In this document: one piece after another, positions 1 through 11,714 of the stretch
How the letters are laid out: every line of letters starts with the position of its first letter
Numbering within the stretch: position 1 is the first letter of the stretch
Assembly: GCA_003614675.1 (NCBI GenBank)
Contig: ML002375.1
Coordinates: forward strand, 1-36,261
Origin: Dimargaris cristalligena
Taxonomy: Eukaryota
DNA length: 36,261 nt
Direction of reading: 5' to 3'
Translations under genes and position numbers: made by a program
Notes under the pieces: model-generated
Databases searched by the model: none
What the model was told of the DNA's origin: nothing
Seen by the model: only the letters and a program-made list of their open reading frames with translations

Positions 1-1114
1 AGAGAAAGGGAGAGAAGGTCCCAGAATATTGGATGACTAAGCAGAGGGAAAGGGAGGGGAGTTCCCAGACAGTAATATTAGTCATCATAAAGGATAGGTA
101 ATACTTGGGTAACCAAAAAATTTAATGTGAAATAATAGAAGGGAAAAAGGGAAAGGGAGAAAGCTATTTTTAACTGTACTTTGGATAGGGGTACAGCCTA
201 GTTAAGGGTATATAGGAAAATATCATATATTAATAGAAAAAATATTATATAAATAAAAATAGAGTAAAAATGACTATACTCATCAGGGGTATACTTCTGA
301 TAAGTACAAAAAATAGATAAAAAGTAATAATAGGTGAAAATATAGTAAGTTAACTGTACTTACTAGTCAGTACAAGGGGGAGTAAGTGTATATTGAGTTT
401 ATTAGGGTAAACTAAGGGGTAAGGACAAGCTAAGGCCTCTAACTAGTCCCAATGGGGCCTAGTTTTATATACATAGGGACAACTCTAGAGGAAGGTCCTA
501 AGGGAAGGATACTACTAAGACTATAGTATAACTAAGGGAGACTACCACCACTTAGAGGGAGGAGGTTAATCCTTCCCACGGGGCTTCCCATCCAAGTGAT
601 GGAGACCTGTGGGACAATGGTGTAGACCACCTAATCCCCCTGCTGGAGGAGGATGTCCCTACCCCAATATCACAAGAACAACACCTCATCTCAGAGGATT
701 AATACTACCCCACCCCATGTGGCTGACTATAGTTCTTTATCTTCTAAATAAATTATTATTACCTTTAATAATTTGATCTTATTATTTACTTATAACTGGC
801 CCTATTTGGTACTCACATTATTTCTTTATAGTTACTCAGCCCTACTTAGCCATCAAAGTTACAATAAGATAGATAATTAGGCTGACCAAATAGCTGCAAG
901 TATCCAAAAGACTCTGAGGGTAACTAGAAGAGTCTTCAGATCAGTACTCAAGTGATTAGTGTGAAGGGGTGGAGTCCAAAAGGGGAAGGGTTATATGATA
1001 TAGGATGACCCCATAGTACCAGGGGTGACTATGGAAAGGTTAATATAGTACTATACAGCCTAATATAGTCAGGTACTAAGGTGTCTGGATTAAGGTAGAT
1101 TAGATAGTCTGATA
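1..1114. mobile_element. Degenerate solo-LTR-like repeat, copy 1 (left end unresolved, probably outside the window), interrupted by a nested insertion
   Basis: ~356-526 and ~864-1114 align colinearly with ~18730-19127, including the shared end GGATTAAGGTAGATTAGATAGTCTGA(T/C)A. ATAAAGGATAGGTA occurs at both 87-100 and 18686-18699. I saw only one CpG in 1-1500, and there are no ORFs. Confidence 0.75.
527..863. mobile_element. Nested ~337-bp solo-LTR-like insertion
   Basis: The segment is absent from copy 2. Its ends are TATAAC (TGTAAC with one G>A) and GTTACA, an inverted pair of TG..CA type. It is flanked by ATAG / ATAA, and removing it plus 4 bp restores the spacing of copy 2. An AATAAA lies in the AT-rich 3' half. 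Confidence 0.6.
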
Positions 1115-2087
1115 TAGCTAATAGTATTTTGCATGGTAATATTTTTCTGGTAGTACCATTAAAGTCAATGTTACTCTAATTATTGTGATCATTAATATAT
1201 ATTAATAATAATCATACCTATTCTTCTCATCACCCACATATAGTGTGCTATGTTAAACCTAACTATCATTTTTGGTGGCCAATATTTTATTAGTATTTTA
1301 AAGTGGAGATTGAATGCTGATTATCAAGCAATAAGGCCAGCAAGTACAGCTGATGAAGGCCATTGAAATCAGGTGAATTATATGCATTCTATAGCCATAT
1401 ACAGTATAAATGTGTGCATTAGTACTATTTCTAGCCCACTATTCCCCATTGGCATGCCTTTGGATTTCTCTAAAGGGGCCAAGACCCACTAACACATTCT
1501 CGTTATTTTACTGTAAAACCCAATACCGTGACTATAGTGTGATACTATCATTCCATGTGTTATATACTGGCGAAGTGCGGCGCAACAGTGTGGGATTTAA
1601 AATGTAATATTTAGATGATAGCAACAATACCCCAGCTTGATCCGAAAATATCCAACCCTGCCAATGCATATTTTATTATTTCAATTGGTTGAATCTCCAC
1701 ACCTGACAGTGGCTGCAATCCTCATAAAATAGGTGACATTAGTGACCATATAATCCCAATTTTAAAGTATTACGGATGGCCAGGCATTTCTCATTTATTG
1801 AGACTTCTAGTTATTCGTTAAGTGCACTATAGTCAACTATACATTTATTCGTTTTAACTGAGGCCCAGACGAGGGTGCGAAAATTGAAAAATTGTAATAT
1901 ATACTATATAAAATTGATATACAAGAACTTTTGGGACGACTAGCGATAAAACCCAAACCAATGGTGATTAAGCTAGAGCCGCCTTGGACTTGCTCGTGGC
2001 ACCACTTCATACTCCGCCGCATTCAATGGGAGGGAGGGTGGTCATCCATAGATTTATTGAATTACCATGGCCCCGCGGAGGGCCAGG

Positions 2088-2363
2088 CTAAGCCGTGGCC
2101 CCACCACTCTTGGCGGCGATCTTGGCCTCATACGTGGTGATCTTGTCCTGAGTTTCTTGAACCTTAGTTAAGAGATCCTGCAATTCCAGCTGCGCATTTT
2201 TCAACAGAGATTCATCAGATCGGAAAACATCAAAAATACCCCTGCGTTGAATATTGGCCAGATGATTAGGGGATTCAGCGTTGGTTTCGGGTTGGGCAGA
2301 GGTGAGAGTGGCGGCCAGAACGGCAACAGTAGCCAGAGTAGCGACGGCAACGTTGAAGCGCAT
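2088..2363 (-). CDS. Small secreted prepro-protein, 91 aa: signal peptide, propeptide, RR site, helical mature part
   Basis: ATG at 2363 gives MRFNVAVATLATVAVLAATLTSA (signal-like), then ...SPNHLANIQRR/GIFDVFRSDESLLKNAQLELQDLLTKVQETQDKITTYEAKIAAKSGGATA. An upstream TATA box and a pyrimidine-rich leader are present. Confidence 0.75.
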   Translation of the reverse strand: MRFNVAVATLATVAVLAATLTSAQPETNAESPNHLANIQRRGIFDVFRSDESLLKNAQLELQDLLTKVQETQDKITTYEAKIAAKSGGATA

Positions 2364-2610
2364 GGTAAAGGAGTCGAGGGGAGGCGGGGGTAAGGGGGAG
2401 GGAGTTGATGTAGCGGACACGGGGTATATACTGTTAAGCGTACAACGACAGCAAGGAAATCGCAAATATTAAATTGACAGAGTGAAGTAATTTACCGACT
2501 GATCGAAAGAAACGCGTAGTATAACCACAAGCGGAGGCAGTGGGGAAGAGAGAGAGAGAGCGGAGAAGGATGTTGATGATGAGCTACTAAGGAGGGGGAA
2601 ATAAGTAGGG

Positions 2611-2620
2611 TATTTATACT
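2611..2620 (-). promoter_or_regulatory. Putative TATA box (AGTATAAATA) of the 91-aa secreted gene
   Basis: TATAAATA lies ~250 bp upstream of the ATG. The identical 10-mer lies upstream of the 31505-31918 gene. Confidence 0.5.
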
Positions 2621-3534
2621 GAGCTATAGAGGCAGAGGTTGCTGTGGTGATTAGGATTAAATGGCCAAGCGTAAGGGTGTGGAATAGGCCACCCCTCAAG
2701 TGGCCAGAGGGACTGTCCCGCTATTGGCGGTGGAGGCATTCGCTAGAGTCAGCTGAACCCGAGCAACATTAAGGGGCCTCTGCTTTATGCAATGTTCTCC
2801 GACAAAGAACTAAAATTGGATATTCGGTGTGGGATAAAGACAGTCGGCCAAGCGATGATCTCGCCGGTCATCTATTCCTCAAAAATCGGATATGGCCTCG
2901 TTCTACTGCGGTTAAAAGTAGGGACGAGATACGAGAGACGGGTGTCCCAGGCCTGGGCAGGGAACTGGGAATCGCAGGGGAGGGGAGGAGGTGATTAGAT
3001 TTAGGAGGGACTTGGGCAGCCTTGAATGGTTTTATTGGAAGGCGCGGTGTAGGCTCCCGAGCCCCCTTCCCTAAAGGATGTTGTGTAGAACGACGAATAG
3101 CTACATTTGGCTACCAATTGATGACATGGTTTTATCAGTTTCCGACTAGAGGAATGCGGCTGTATCTTTGGGGGAATATTATTATGGTCCCCATTAATTA
3201 TAGTACGGTATCTTGTACGGCCCCTTGAAAACACCAGTGCTGTTTAGCGGCAACTTAGGAAAACCTTGGTGAATAAAAATATACCCTGAGATTATATTTT
3301 TAAATATATAGAGTGCTAGTTTCTACACTGGTGTTTTGGAATTAAAGGACTTGCCTCGTCGACCTTGTCCGCATAAGGTTGCCGTTATTCTCGTCAGTGC
3401 TATGCCCTTTTTTTAATGTGCCCCAGAGCTACATATAGGGTATAGGTATTGTGGAATTTACTCCGGCCATCTACCCAGCATCCTCTCTACCGCGGCACAT
3501 CTAAGGGAGGAGGGAGAAGTGAGAAGGGGGAGGG

Positions 3535-3875
3535 GTTCACCAAAGGTGCGGGGCCCACTTCCCTTCATAACAGGCGTAGGTCTCTGAGTTCGTAGTGAAT
3601 TTCGATGGGGGACTAATACAAGGGCTGTCCATAGCCACCTGTAGGTAATCCAAAAATAAATCCACTATTGATAGGATGACCAATACACGCGCTACGAACT
3701 CTGATGACGCTGGCCACTCCACTTCTTTTAGGCGGGAAGGCGTAAATAGCCCAGTAGAGTTCAAGGGAGATGGGATTTCCCTTCCCGATGAAATGGCCCC
3801 AGCGCGCACCACACCATGGTGGGTGCCCCGATCTCCGGCCGGACCCCGATTCAAGCCACTTTGCCTTTGTGAAAC
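3535..3875 (+). ncRNA. Candidate structured ncRNA of unknown family (K-turn; some RNase P-like elements)
   Basis: Terminal helix 3536-3547/3863-3873; GGGGCC 3550-3555/GGCCCC 3795-3800; 10-bp helix 3588-3597/3690-3699 flanked by CTGA and TGATGA; hairpin 3806-3826. G-U pairs favour the + strand. No credible protein ORF. Confidence 0.4.
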
Positions 3876-4645
3876 ACAAACTTCACTAGCAACCCACCCC
3901 CCTTCCTCCCCTTGACTTGACTAGTCGGAAAGCGAGTGGCAAAGACGGACAGGTATGGGCGTAGCTGCATACTACTATTTCACCTGTTCATTGACGCTGG
4001 AAAGAAAGAGAAGAAGGGTTGATATAGCCCAACTTCGTACTTGCGTAAATAATGAGCCACCCCTCTCCTCACCATCCGGTCCATCTATCTTTTAATGGAT
4101 GGCCCATGCCATCAACCTCGTTTCTTGACTAACACCTCCCTTGGGCCATCCCTCTCGGGTATCGCCAGTCCATCTTTGGATAATGCTGATATAAAGGATA
4201 TGCGCTGGCCAGCTAAGCGCCACGGATGCTGTGAATACTAAGGAAAACTAATAGTATGAGGTTAAGTTTTCGTTACTTTTTTCATTATAGCGATATCCCT
4301 AATATTTACATCCTCGACCACCCAGCTGTATGACGGCTTATGGATCCGGAGATAAAAATAGCCCATCTTCCTTGTCCCGGCAATGCCTTCATCTGGCTCA
4401 GCTCTATCTACAGTCCTTCCGCTGTACCTTTAGTTCCCCTATTAGTTATAGCGTATATTTAAATAAGACATTGTTGGTAGGTTTATATTGGTATTGCAGG
4501 AGGGAAAGGGTGCTGCATAAATTCGGGCTGCTGTGATAAACCAGACTAACCCAATTAATGGCAACCTTGATAGCCCCTGCCTATTCTCGTTTATATATTT
4601 TCGCAAGCACGAAGGTACCACCCAATCGGCCAGCCAGTGGCCCGT

Positions 4646-7117
4646 TTATTGATGGGCATTGGAGTGTTTGATGGCAAAGTTGACCGCGATGGGCCAAATT
4701 TCGTCCACCACAGTACTATCCTCAATCGTGGCCGGCAGAGGAAGTGGACAGGGTTGGCTAGCTAAATCGGCCCCATTATCCTTATTCTCAATGGCGAACC
4801 GGACCATTGTACGCAGGAATTTGCGCAACACCTTACCCGACCGAGTCTTGGGCAGCCGGGGCACGATCATTAAGTGGGACTTGTACAAACTAGCGAATGC
4901 GCCCACATTTTTGCGCACATCCCGGACCACGTCGTCGCGCAGTTGGTCGATTTCAGCGGGTGGTAGGTTGTTATAGCGCAGGTAGTCGATGGAGTGAGTG
5001 GATGGGTCGACGCTCTTGGAATCGGGATTAAGCCGTTTCAGGACCAGAATACCCAGCGGGAGCGAACCCTTAACGGCATGGGGGCAGGGAACTACACAGG
5101 CCTCGGCTACCAAAGGGTGGGCCACCATCGATTCCTCAAATACACCCGTGCTGAGGCGATGGGCGGCAACATTAATAATATCGTCCGCCCGGGACATAAT
5201 GTGAATGTAGCCGGCATTGTCCTTCAAGCCAATATCGCCCGTATCGTAGTAGCCGGGAAATCGCTCAAAGTAGGATGAGAGATATTTGTCATGGTTGCGC
5301 CACAGAGTAGTGAACACGCCGGGGGGTAACGGAAGTTTGACCAGCACCTGGCCCTGCTCCCCGGGGATGGCCTCCTCAACGGGGGTGTAGCGACTGGCTT
5401 GGGGATGGAGAGGGCTGAGTGTGGCCGGCTTATCACTGACCGGTTTTTCGGTAGTCGTCGAAACATCCTCTTCGTTGGGCACTCGAGCGATTTTAAGGTC
5501 GTAGCCGGGCACCGGAATGCCCGCGCTTCCGGGACGAATAGCCGGTAACTCAGGGTGCCAGGTCGATGGGTCCGATAATTTCGTAGTGGGGGCTGGTTCG
5601 CTATCCGGGTACGGACAGGCACCTAGAGCCAAACCAGTAATAGGTGATCCGGTCTCCGTTTGCCACCAATGATCAATAATGGGAACGGCGGGCGGTAAAA
5701 GCTTGCGGAAATGGCCCATGATCTCAGGGGGACAACGCTCTCCCGCCACGAACATGCCCTGCAGTCGACTGAGGTCATAGCGCTTCATACCTCCGCCGTG
5801 GGGGTCTTCCCGGCGCATAATCATGAGGGCCGTGGGGGCGGTGAAAAAGGCCTTGACATTGTGGTGGTCGACCAGTCGCCAGAACGCCCCCGAATCGGGC
5901 GTTCCGACGGGCTTGCCCTCGTACATGATCGTGGTGCAGCCGCTGAGTAATGGGCCATAGCAAATGTAGCTGTGACCAACCGCCCAGCCCAGATCGCTGG
6001 AAGAGAAAAAGGTATCGCCGGGTCCCAGATTAAAGAAGTTCTGGAACGTCCACATGAGGGCTGCGGCATGGCCACCGGTATCGCGAACCACCCCCTTGGG
6101 GGTCCCAGTGGTACCGCTGGTATACAGGATATATAAGGGATCGTTGCTCTTCATAGGAGCGCATGGGGTGCCGGAGGATTCATAAGCACTGATTGGTAAG
6201 TTACGTACGTGATTGACTTGGTCGACCCAGTCCACATCACCTTGCTGGGGATTGAGTTCGGCCAGAGTTTGGGGGCGCTGGAAAATGATATTATTCTCGG
6301 GCACCACCCCGGCCTCTTTACTAATGGCCAGCGCCTCATCCAGAAGCGGCTTATACAGAATATTACGACCCTCGCGCTCGATACCACAGGATGCCGAGAG
6401 TACCACCCGGGGCTGGCAGTCAATGATGCGTTTGGCAAGTTCGGCAGCCGCGAAACCCCCAAAGACGACGGAATGGATGGCCCCGATCCGAGCACAGGCC
6501 AGCATACCCACCAGGGTCTCCACAATCATGGGCATGTAAATCACCACCCGATCGCCCCGGACTACCCCACTATGTTTCAGCACCGCGCTGAAATCAATCA
6601 CACGGTCCAGCAGCTCCCGGTAGGTAATCTTGTTGATGACACCCCCGGCGACCGGGGAGTCGTAGATAACCGCGACATTATCCCCGCGACCGGCCAAAAC
6701 GTGGCGATCCAGGCAGTTGTAGGACATGTTTAGAACCCCGTCGGGGAACCATTGATACGACTGGCTAGCCTCGTCCCATTGGCCGGCGGTCTGGGGTGGG
6801 GTAAACCAAGTGACTTCCCGACTGGCCTCCAACCAAAATTTCTCGGGGTTGGCTAGAGAGGACCGCTGAGCGCGAGCCAGTGCGCAGTCCTGGGCCGTCG
6901 GGGGGCCGGAGGCAAGGCCGCGAACCGCCGAAGTTAGCGGAGTTAGTGGCGGACGCTGGGAAGCCCAGCGGGCAGGCTGGCGTAGGGCTATAGTGTGGCG
7001 CGGATAGCCGCAGTGGAGGGCAGCCGATAGGGCCGGAGCAGTGGTTTGGTATAAACGGACGGTTTGGGGCCAGCGGAAAGCCACCGGAGTCCGCGATGTG
7101 CGAGCAAGCAAAGCCAT
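4646..7117 (-). CDS. Short-chain acyl-CoA synthetase (propionyl-CoA synthetase PrpE / ACSS3-like), 823 aa, intronless, probably mitochondrial
   Basis: Motifs include YILYTSGTTGTPKG, DHWWQTETG, YDTGD, RADDIINVAAHRLS, LPKTRSGK and GAIHSVVFGGFAAAELAKRI. The N-terminal presequence is Arg-rich and acid-poor. Confidence 0.95.
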   Translation of the reverse strand: MALLARTSRTPVAFRWPQTVRLYQTTAPALSAALHCGYPRHTIALRQPARWASQRPPLTPLTSAVRGLASGPPTAQDCALARAQRSSLANPEKFWLEASREVTWFTPPQTAGQWDEASQSYQWFPDGVLNMSYNCLDRHVLAGRGDNVAVIYDSPVAGGVINKITYRELLDRVIDFSAVLKHSGVVRGDRVVIYMPMIVETLVGMLACARIGAIHSVVFGGFAAAELAKRIIDCQPRVVLSASCGIEREGRNILYKPLLDEALAISKEAGVVPENNIIFQRPQTLAELNPQQGDVDWVDQVNHVRNLPISAYESSGTPCAPMKSNDPLYILYTSGTTGTPKGVVRDTGGHAAALMWTFQNFFNLGPGDTFFSSSDLGWAVGHSYICYGPLLSGCTTIMYEGKPVGTPDSGAFWRLVDHHNVKAFFTAPTALMIMRREDPHGGGMKRYDLSRLQGMFVAGERCPPEIMGHFRKLLPPAVPIIDHWWQTETGSPITGLALGACPYPDSEPAPTTKLSDPSTWHPELPAIRPGSAGIPVPGYDLKIARVPNEEDVSTTTEKPVSDKPATLSPLHPQASRYTPVEEAIPGEQGQVLVKLPLPPGVFTTLWRNHDKYLSSYFERFPGYYDTGDIGLKDNAGYIHIMSRADDIINVAAHRLSTGVFEESMVAHPLVAEACVVPCPHAVKGSLPLGILVLKRLNPDSKSVDPSTHSIDYLRYNNLPPAEIDQLRDDVVRDVRKNVGAFASLYKSHLMIVPRLPKTRSGKVLRKFLRTMVRFAIENKDNGADLASQPCPLPLPATIEDSTVVDEIWPIAVNFAIKHSNAHQ

Positions 7118-9960
7118 ACTGGTAGGTGTAGGGCTTGAATGGAGGGGTAGGTAACTGAGTGGAGGATGGAGTAGAGTGAAAAATAGGAGGTGAATATATC
7201 AACACCGAATGAAGGTGGTATAATAGAAATGAGAAAAGTCAATTAGCGCGCGCTTTCTAAACAGGCAACCAAACAGCAGTTTAGAGAGTTGAGACTACTA
7301 GGACTTGACAGACATTCGAAATACCCCCGCTGAACTAGAGCGAAAATCCGTAAGTACGTAAGTAAGTAAGTTAGGATAAGGCAATAGGAAAAGAGGAGAG
7401 GAGAGGAGAATGGGATATGTCGATGAACAGCAAGCCATGCAGGCGACAACCGGGCCCTATATATGGGGGTATCTTATGTATGAGGATATGCGCATATAGG
7501 GGGACTCCACCAGAACCTGGCCCTGATCCTGAAGCGCGCGCCTAAAGTGGTGGGCGATATATGCCACCGTACGCCTGATTCTCCACCGCTGTCCTTCGTA
7601 AACCACCACACCACTGGCTTCTCCTCGTTATCTATGCTCCAGCGGGGTAGGCCGAGGGAGTGGTATAGCCTAAAAAGGGAATGGGTCATATGGGGCAGTA
7701 TCTAGTTTATTGGTGGTGGATATCAGGGAAACAATGATTTCTTGAGCGGTGTCCAATCACTAGCACATGGCCTGTGAACTGCCAAAACCAGTCCAACTGA
7801 GGACAGGACATGTAGCCTGGCCACCGTGGACTGCTAAGTGCTGGGAAAATCATTGCTATATCTCCCAGTGGCGGGATAACAATGTGACTTGCATGTCACC
7901 TATACTATAGAAGGGCCAATGAATGATCGCCGTGGAATTGGTGAGAGCCAACCTTCCTTTGGTGCAAAAAAGATAGCAACGGTGTGTGAGAGACATTCGG
8001 CGGTCGCTCCTCACCATCGTGACGTCTAATGGCTAGCCGATGTATCCCACCAATTCAATCCGTTTGTGGTGACTAATAAGGGATGTTACTTGGTAGTAAG
8101 TTGGGGATATGACTTACGCTGTCCGTAACGACTGACGAAGGGAATTGGGGATACCCCCCATTGGTTCCGGTCCCTCAATTGCGGGAACAGCCATGGTCCT
8201 TGTGGCCGTATTTGGCACGTTCGGTCGAAATTAACCCTATGGCCCCATATATCGACTATCTCCGTTGGATATCCAGGCCCCGTTCGAACAGCACGACTCG
8301 CGCCCTTTTTAACGCAGGTAGGCCGCCAAGCTTGGATCATCCGCCCGCCTGCCCTTCGCGGTTGACTATCCAAGTGAATGTCTCCCGAACTCTATCATTA
8401 GAGGGACATATGGCTTGACAGGCCCGAAATGCGCCTCTGGACTGGGGCAGCCGGCTCCCATAAGAAGGTCCTGAATCAGATGAAAGAACATGGATATATT
8501 ACGCCAGCCAACCTGCCTTTCGCATACACATTTACACACACGCCTGTTTCCAACAACTAATAGTACTACCCTGCCCCCTGTACTCGCCCTGCCATAAAGC
8601 TTTCCTCACTTCCCTATCTCTCAGTACTAAAACTGTGTGAACCATCAAATCAGCGAGCCTGCCACCAAAAATGGAAGTGGCAGCATACCATCTCCCCCAG
8701 CCCTGCCTAAAGCAGCCACTTCTTCCCCTCCACCGCCCCGATGTTGCTAAGCTACTTACATTCCTTATAATGCTAGTATGTGGGCAATATTATAGTCAGG
8801 GTATTGATCGGCCGGCTAGGCCGTAAGACTAATTTACAGCCTCTGCCCAAAGATGGGTCTTCCCGATAGTGTTATTTTTTATAAGTGTTTGGCAAATTAT
8901 TTAAACTATGCTGTACTTACACATCCCCCAAGATCGAGGTCATCGGCAGTCGAAGGTGCCAACTCAACCAGCAGTAAACGTCACGATGGGCCCGACGATC
9001 AAGTCATCGTAAATGAACTCAGCGGAAATGGGGTATATTTCTAACCTCGACTTCACGACGCTGTCAATAACCGCGCCCCCTCCCCCTCACCTTCCCCGCC
9101 GCAAGGAGCTCACAGTCATGTGTGTTACTCCAACCTAATGCATGTTCATTTCCGGATATCGTGAACGACACCCTTTCTTGATATTGACAGCTAGCTACCA
9201 GTCCAGCAATATTCACGCGTCTACTGTATAGCAGACGACCCTACAAGCATATTTTAATCAACACGTTGCTATCTGTACAGGCCGAAATAAAGCCATTTCG
9301 GGCGAAGGCCCAACAACAACCATGCGATGGCAGTTTTCGGTCAGGGGCGGTTCTTAATATGAGTGACACCCGTATCCGCCGTTTAGGTAATGCTGTCTGA
9401 CATCAGTAGTGTGGACACAAGGTGACATGTTACGCCTGTACAAGGATATAGCTCTTTTTAAATTCCAAAATATAAAAACAAGGAAGAGGGAGGGGGATAT
9501 TGACCTAACTGATGATCGATAAAATCTATAGCGCGCACTCTAATTGGCACCGCATGGTGCCCACTCTGGCCGTTCTGAAACCAACCCCCGCCATTACCTA
9601 ATCGGATATTTTCACTAGGCCATCCATTGGATAATACCGCCGTCGTTTAGTTAGCGGTGTATACGTGCAATGGAATACAAGTGGGTATACTAGGCCAACC
9701 AGTGCCCATGGAAATAGTATATCCAATTTTTCCCTTTGCGCAGTTTACGATGACACCCTATGCGGCTCCTACACCTTTCCCCGCCTGTAGTCGCGTTAAT
9801 TGAGGACATCCTTTCATGGCGTCCTGCACAACCACCGGCCTTATAAAGACCGGTTTCCTGCCCCTTTCGTCAGGGTTAACAACTCACGGCCACTTGAAGA
9901 CAGCCGATTCTTCTCTATTGCATATGAGTATATATCGCACATTTCTCCCTTGTTTGCAGC

Positions 9961-11714
9961 ATGTACATATCCCGACTACTAGCTCTTGTTACAGTAGCCG
10001 GGCTTCTGGTGGCCGCCAGCCCCTATGACGACTCGGAGTCCGACAGCGACTATGACTCGGATACTGTTTCTATGCGATCCTTTTCGACGGCACGCAGCGA
10101 TAAATCTCTCTACCAGGAGGGGACCGGCTTGATAACGCCTGTAAATTTTAACAATGAATGGTCCAAATCTGAGCTTAAAAAGGTAAGCATTCGACCGTAT
10201 TTCCCTATATTCGGAGTACTGTGGGATGCGTATGGGATGACCGTTGCTAATCAGCTGGCCTAACAGGGCTTGCAACCCGAGCTTAGTAAAGCCCCCCCCT
10301 TTTAAATCAACACCAGGACCAGCATCTCCCTTCGAATCCGGCTTTAGCTTGATGACTATGGCGGAAAGCACATTACTGAGAAACTACGGATCGCTCATGG
10401 GGTATACTTGAGAGTTTTCCTGACCATTTGCATTATCTATCCATTTATATTGACGATTATGTGCGACTCCCTGATGAGCAGAATGTAGCCCATTTAAACC
10501 GATTTATTACGCTTACCCGGATCAGTTCCCGGAACCTGGCCGTATACCGGACCGCCTTGGATATATGGATTCGCCTCACTCGGGAGGAATACATCAACTA
10601 TTTCGTCATGCGCATCCACCAGCGTTGCACCGGCGTCGCCCGGTTTGCCCTGGCCCGGCACGCTGTACAGACGGATACCACGCGGGGCACTGATCGCTAC
10701 TATGCCACTTACCGCCGCTTCATTCACCGCCATCGTAGTAAGTCCACCCTACAGGGTGGCCTGCGACGGCTCATTAATGTGGGGTCACTGGACGCACTCC
10801 ACCTCAACCTTCACTTTCCGCTGTTCCCGCTGCTGGACGACTTGGACGTGCCCAGACTCCAGGAGCTGGCCCGGGCCATTATGTTCTTTTTCGACCAATG
10901 GGCCAAGTATGATACCAGCCAGGAGATTCGGAGACGTCTCCCGAGCGACATTCGCAAAATGTTGGACGATGACCCCACTCCCGGCCGTACGGATCTCATC
11001 ACCGAATTCTACAGCTTCATGGAAAGTGCGCTACTGCCCATCATGTGGCGTCTGGCCAGCAAAAAACGCTGGTCCGATCTCATGGCGTTTATCCAGGCCC
11101 TGGTCCAGCAACCGGGCGAGATGGATCGTCGCCACCGCTTACTGCGCTACGGCATTCTGCTCGGTGCCTTGTTTGAAGAGGAAGCCGTAGTTAAATTCTG
11201 CGCCCATCTGTACCAGCAAGTCACCGTAGACGTGGAGTATTTCACGCCCAAATGGAAGGTAGTCCAGGTACGAATAATCAAAACTCTACAAGCCATTGGT
11301 TTGCCGGGTGCTGCCGAGTCATTATGCATTTGGTGGCCCCACATCCAGTTGGGCGCGGACAATAAGCCACCGCTGGTCTTTTGGCAACAGTACATGTATG
11401 ACGTGGGTCTGTTTAAGCTCACTGACCAAAGGGAATTAGGGTACTATCTCCTAACGACTGACCTGTGGCCCAACGAAAAAAGTTATACGTTTATGCCCGA
11501 GTCCGAGGATATTGCCGAATATTATGACCAGAACCTGGTGGAACGCGATTTACAAAAATACTCGGTATTGAAGGGGGTGTTGGAACACTACTTACCTTCA
11601 CCGGTCAAGAATGCCCTAGGCTCCTTGAAGCGAGTGAAGTCGTTTTTGTCGAGTGACGATAATAGCGTCGACAGTCCGCCGGTTTCACCCATATCACCAG
11701 CCGGATCTCAGTGA
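9961..11714 (+). CDS. Putative secreted protein of unknown function (~500 aa). Tentative exons: 9961-10182, 10348-10401, 10482-11714
   Basis: Signal peptide MYISRLLALVTVAGLLVAA is followed by an acidic D/S tract. There is a GTAAGC donor at 10183, a long ORF to the stop at 11714, and TATAAAG at 9842. The middle exon was chosen because it keeps frame, so the structure is uncertain. Confidence 0.65.

Noticed and set aside
3584-3745. Hammerhead ribozyme (CTGATGA next to a helix)
   Set aside because: The cleavage triplet would be CTG (H cannot be G) and no properly placed GAAA follows stem II. A K-turn fits better.
4659-6733. Antisense and alternate-frame ORFs within the acyl-CoA synthetase gene (likewise within HIS1, SEC28 and the SOD-like gene)
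   Set aside because: These are shadow ORFs expected in GC-rich coding DNA.
4646-7117. Bacterial horizontal transfer of the intronless PrpE-like gene
   Set aside because: ACSS3-type genes are widespread in eukaryotes, this one has a presequence, and native genes here (HIS1, CMC2) are also intronless. A phylogeny would be needed to claim transfer.
8086-8460. GC-rich intergenic stretch with CTGACGA, hairpins and short ORFs
   Set aside because: No complete ribozyme core, RNA family motif or recognisable protein.
10331-10342. TTCGAATCC, resembling a tRNA T-loop
   Set aside because: No cloverleaf around it. I found no tRNA in the window.
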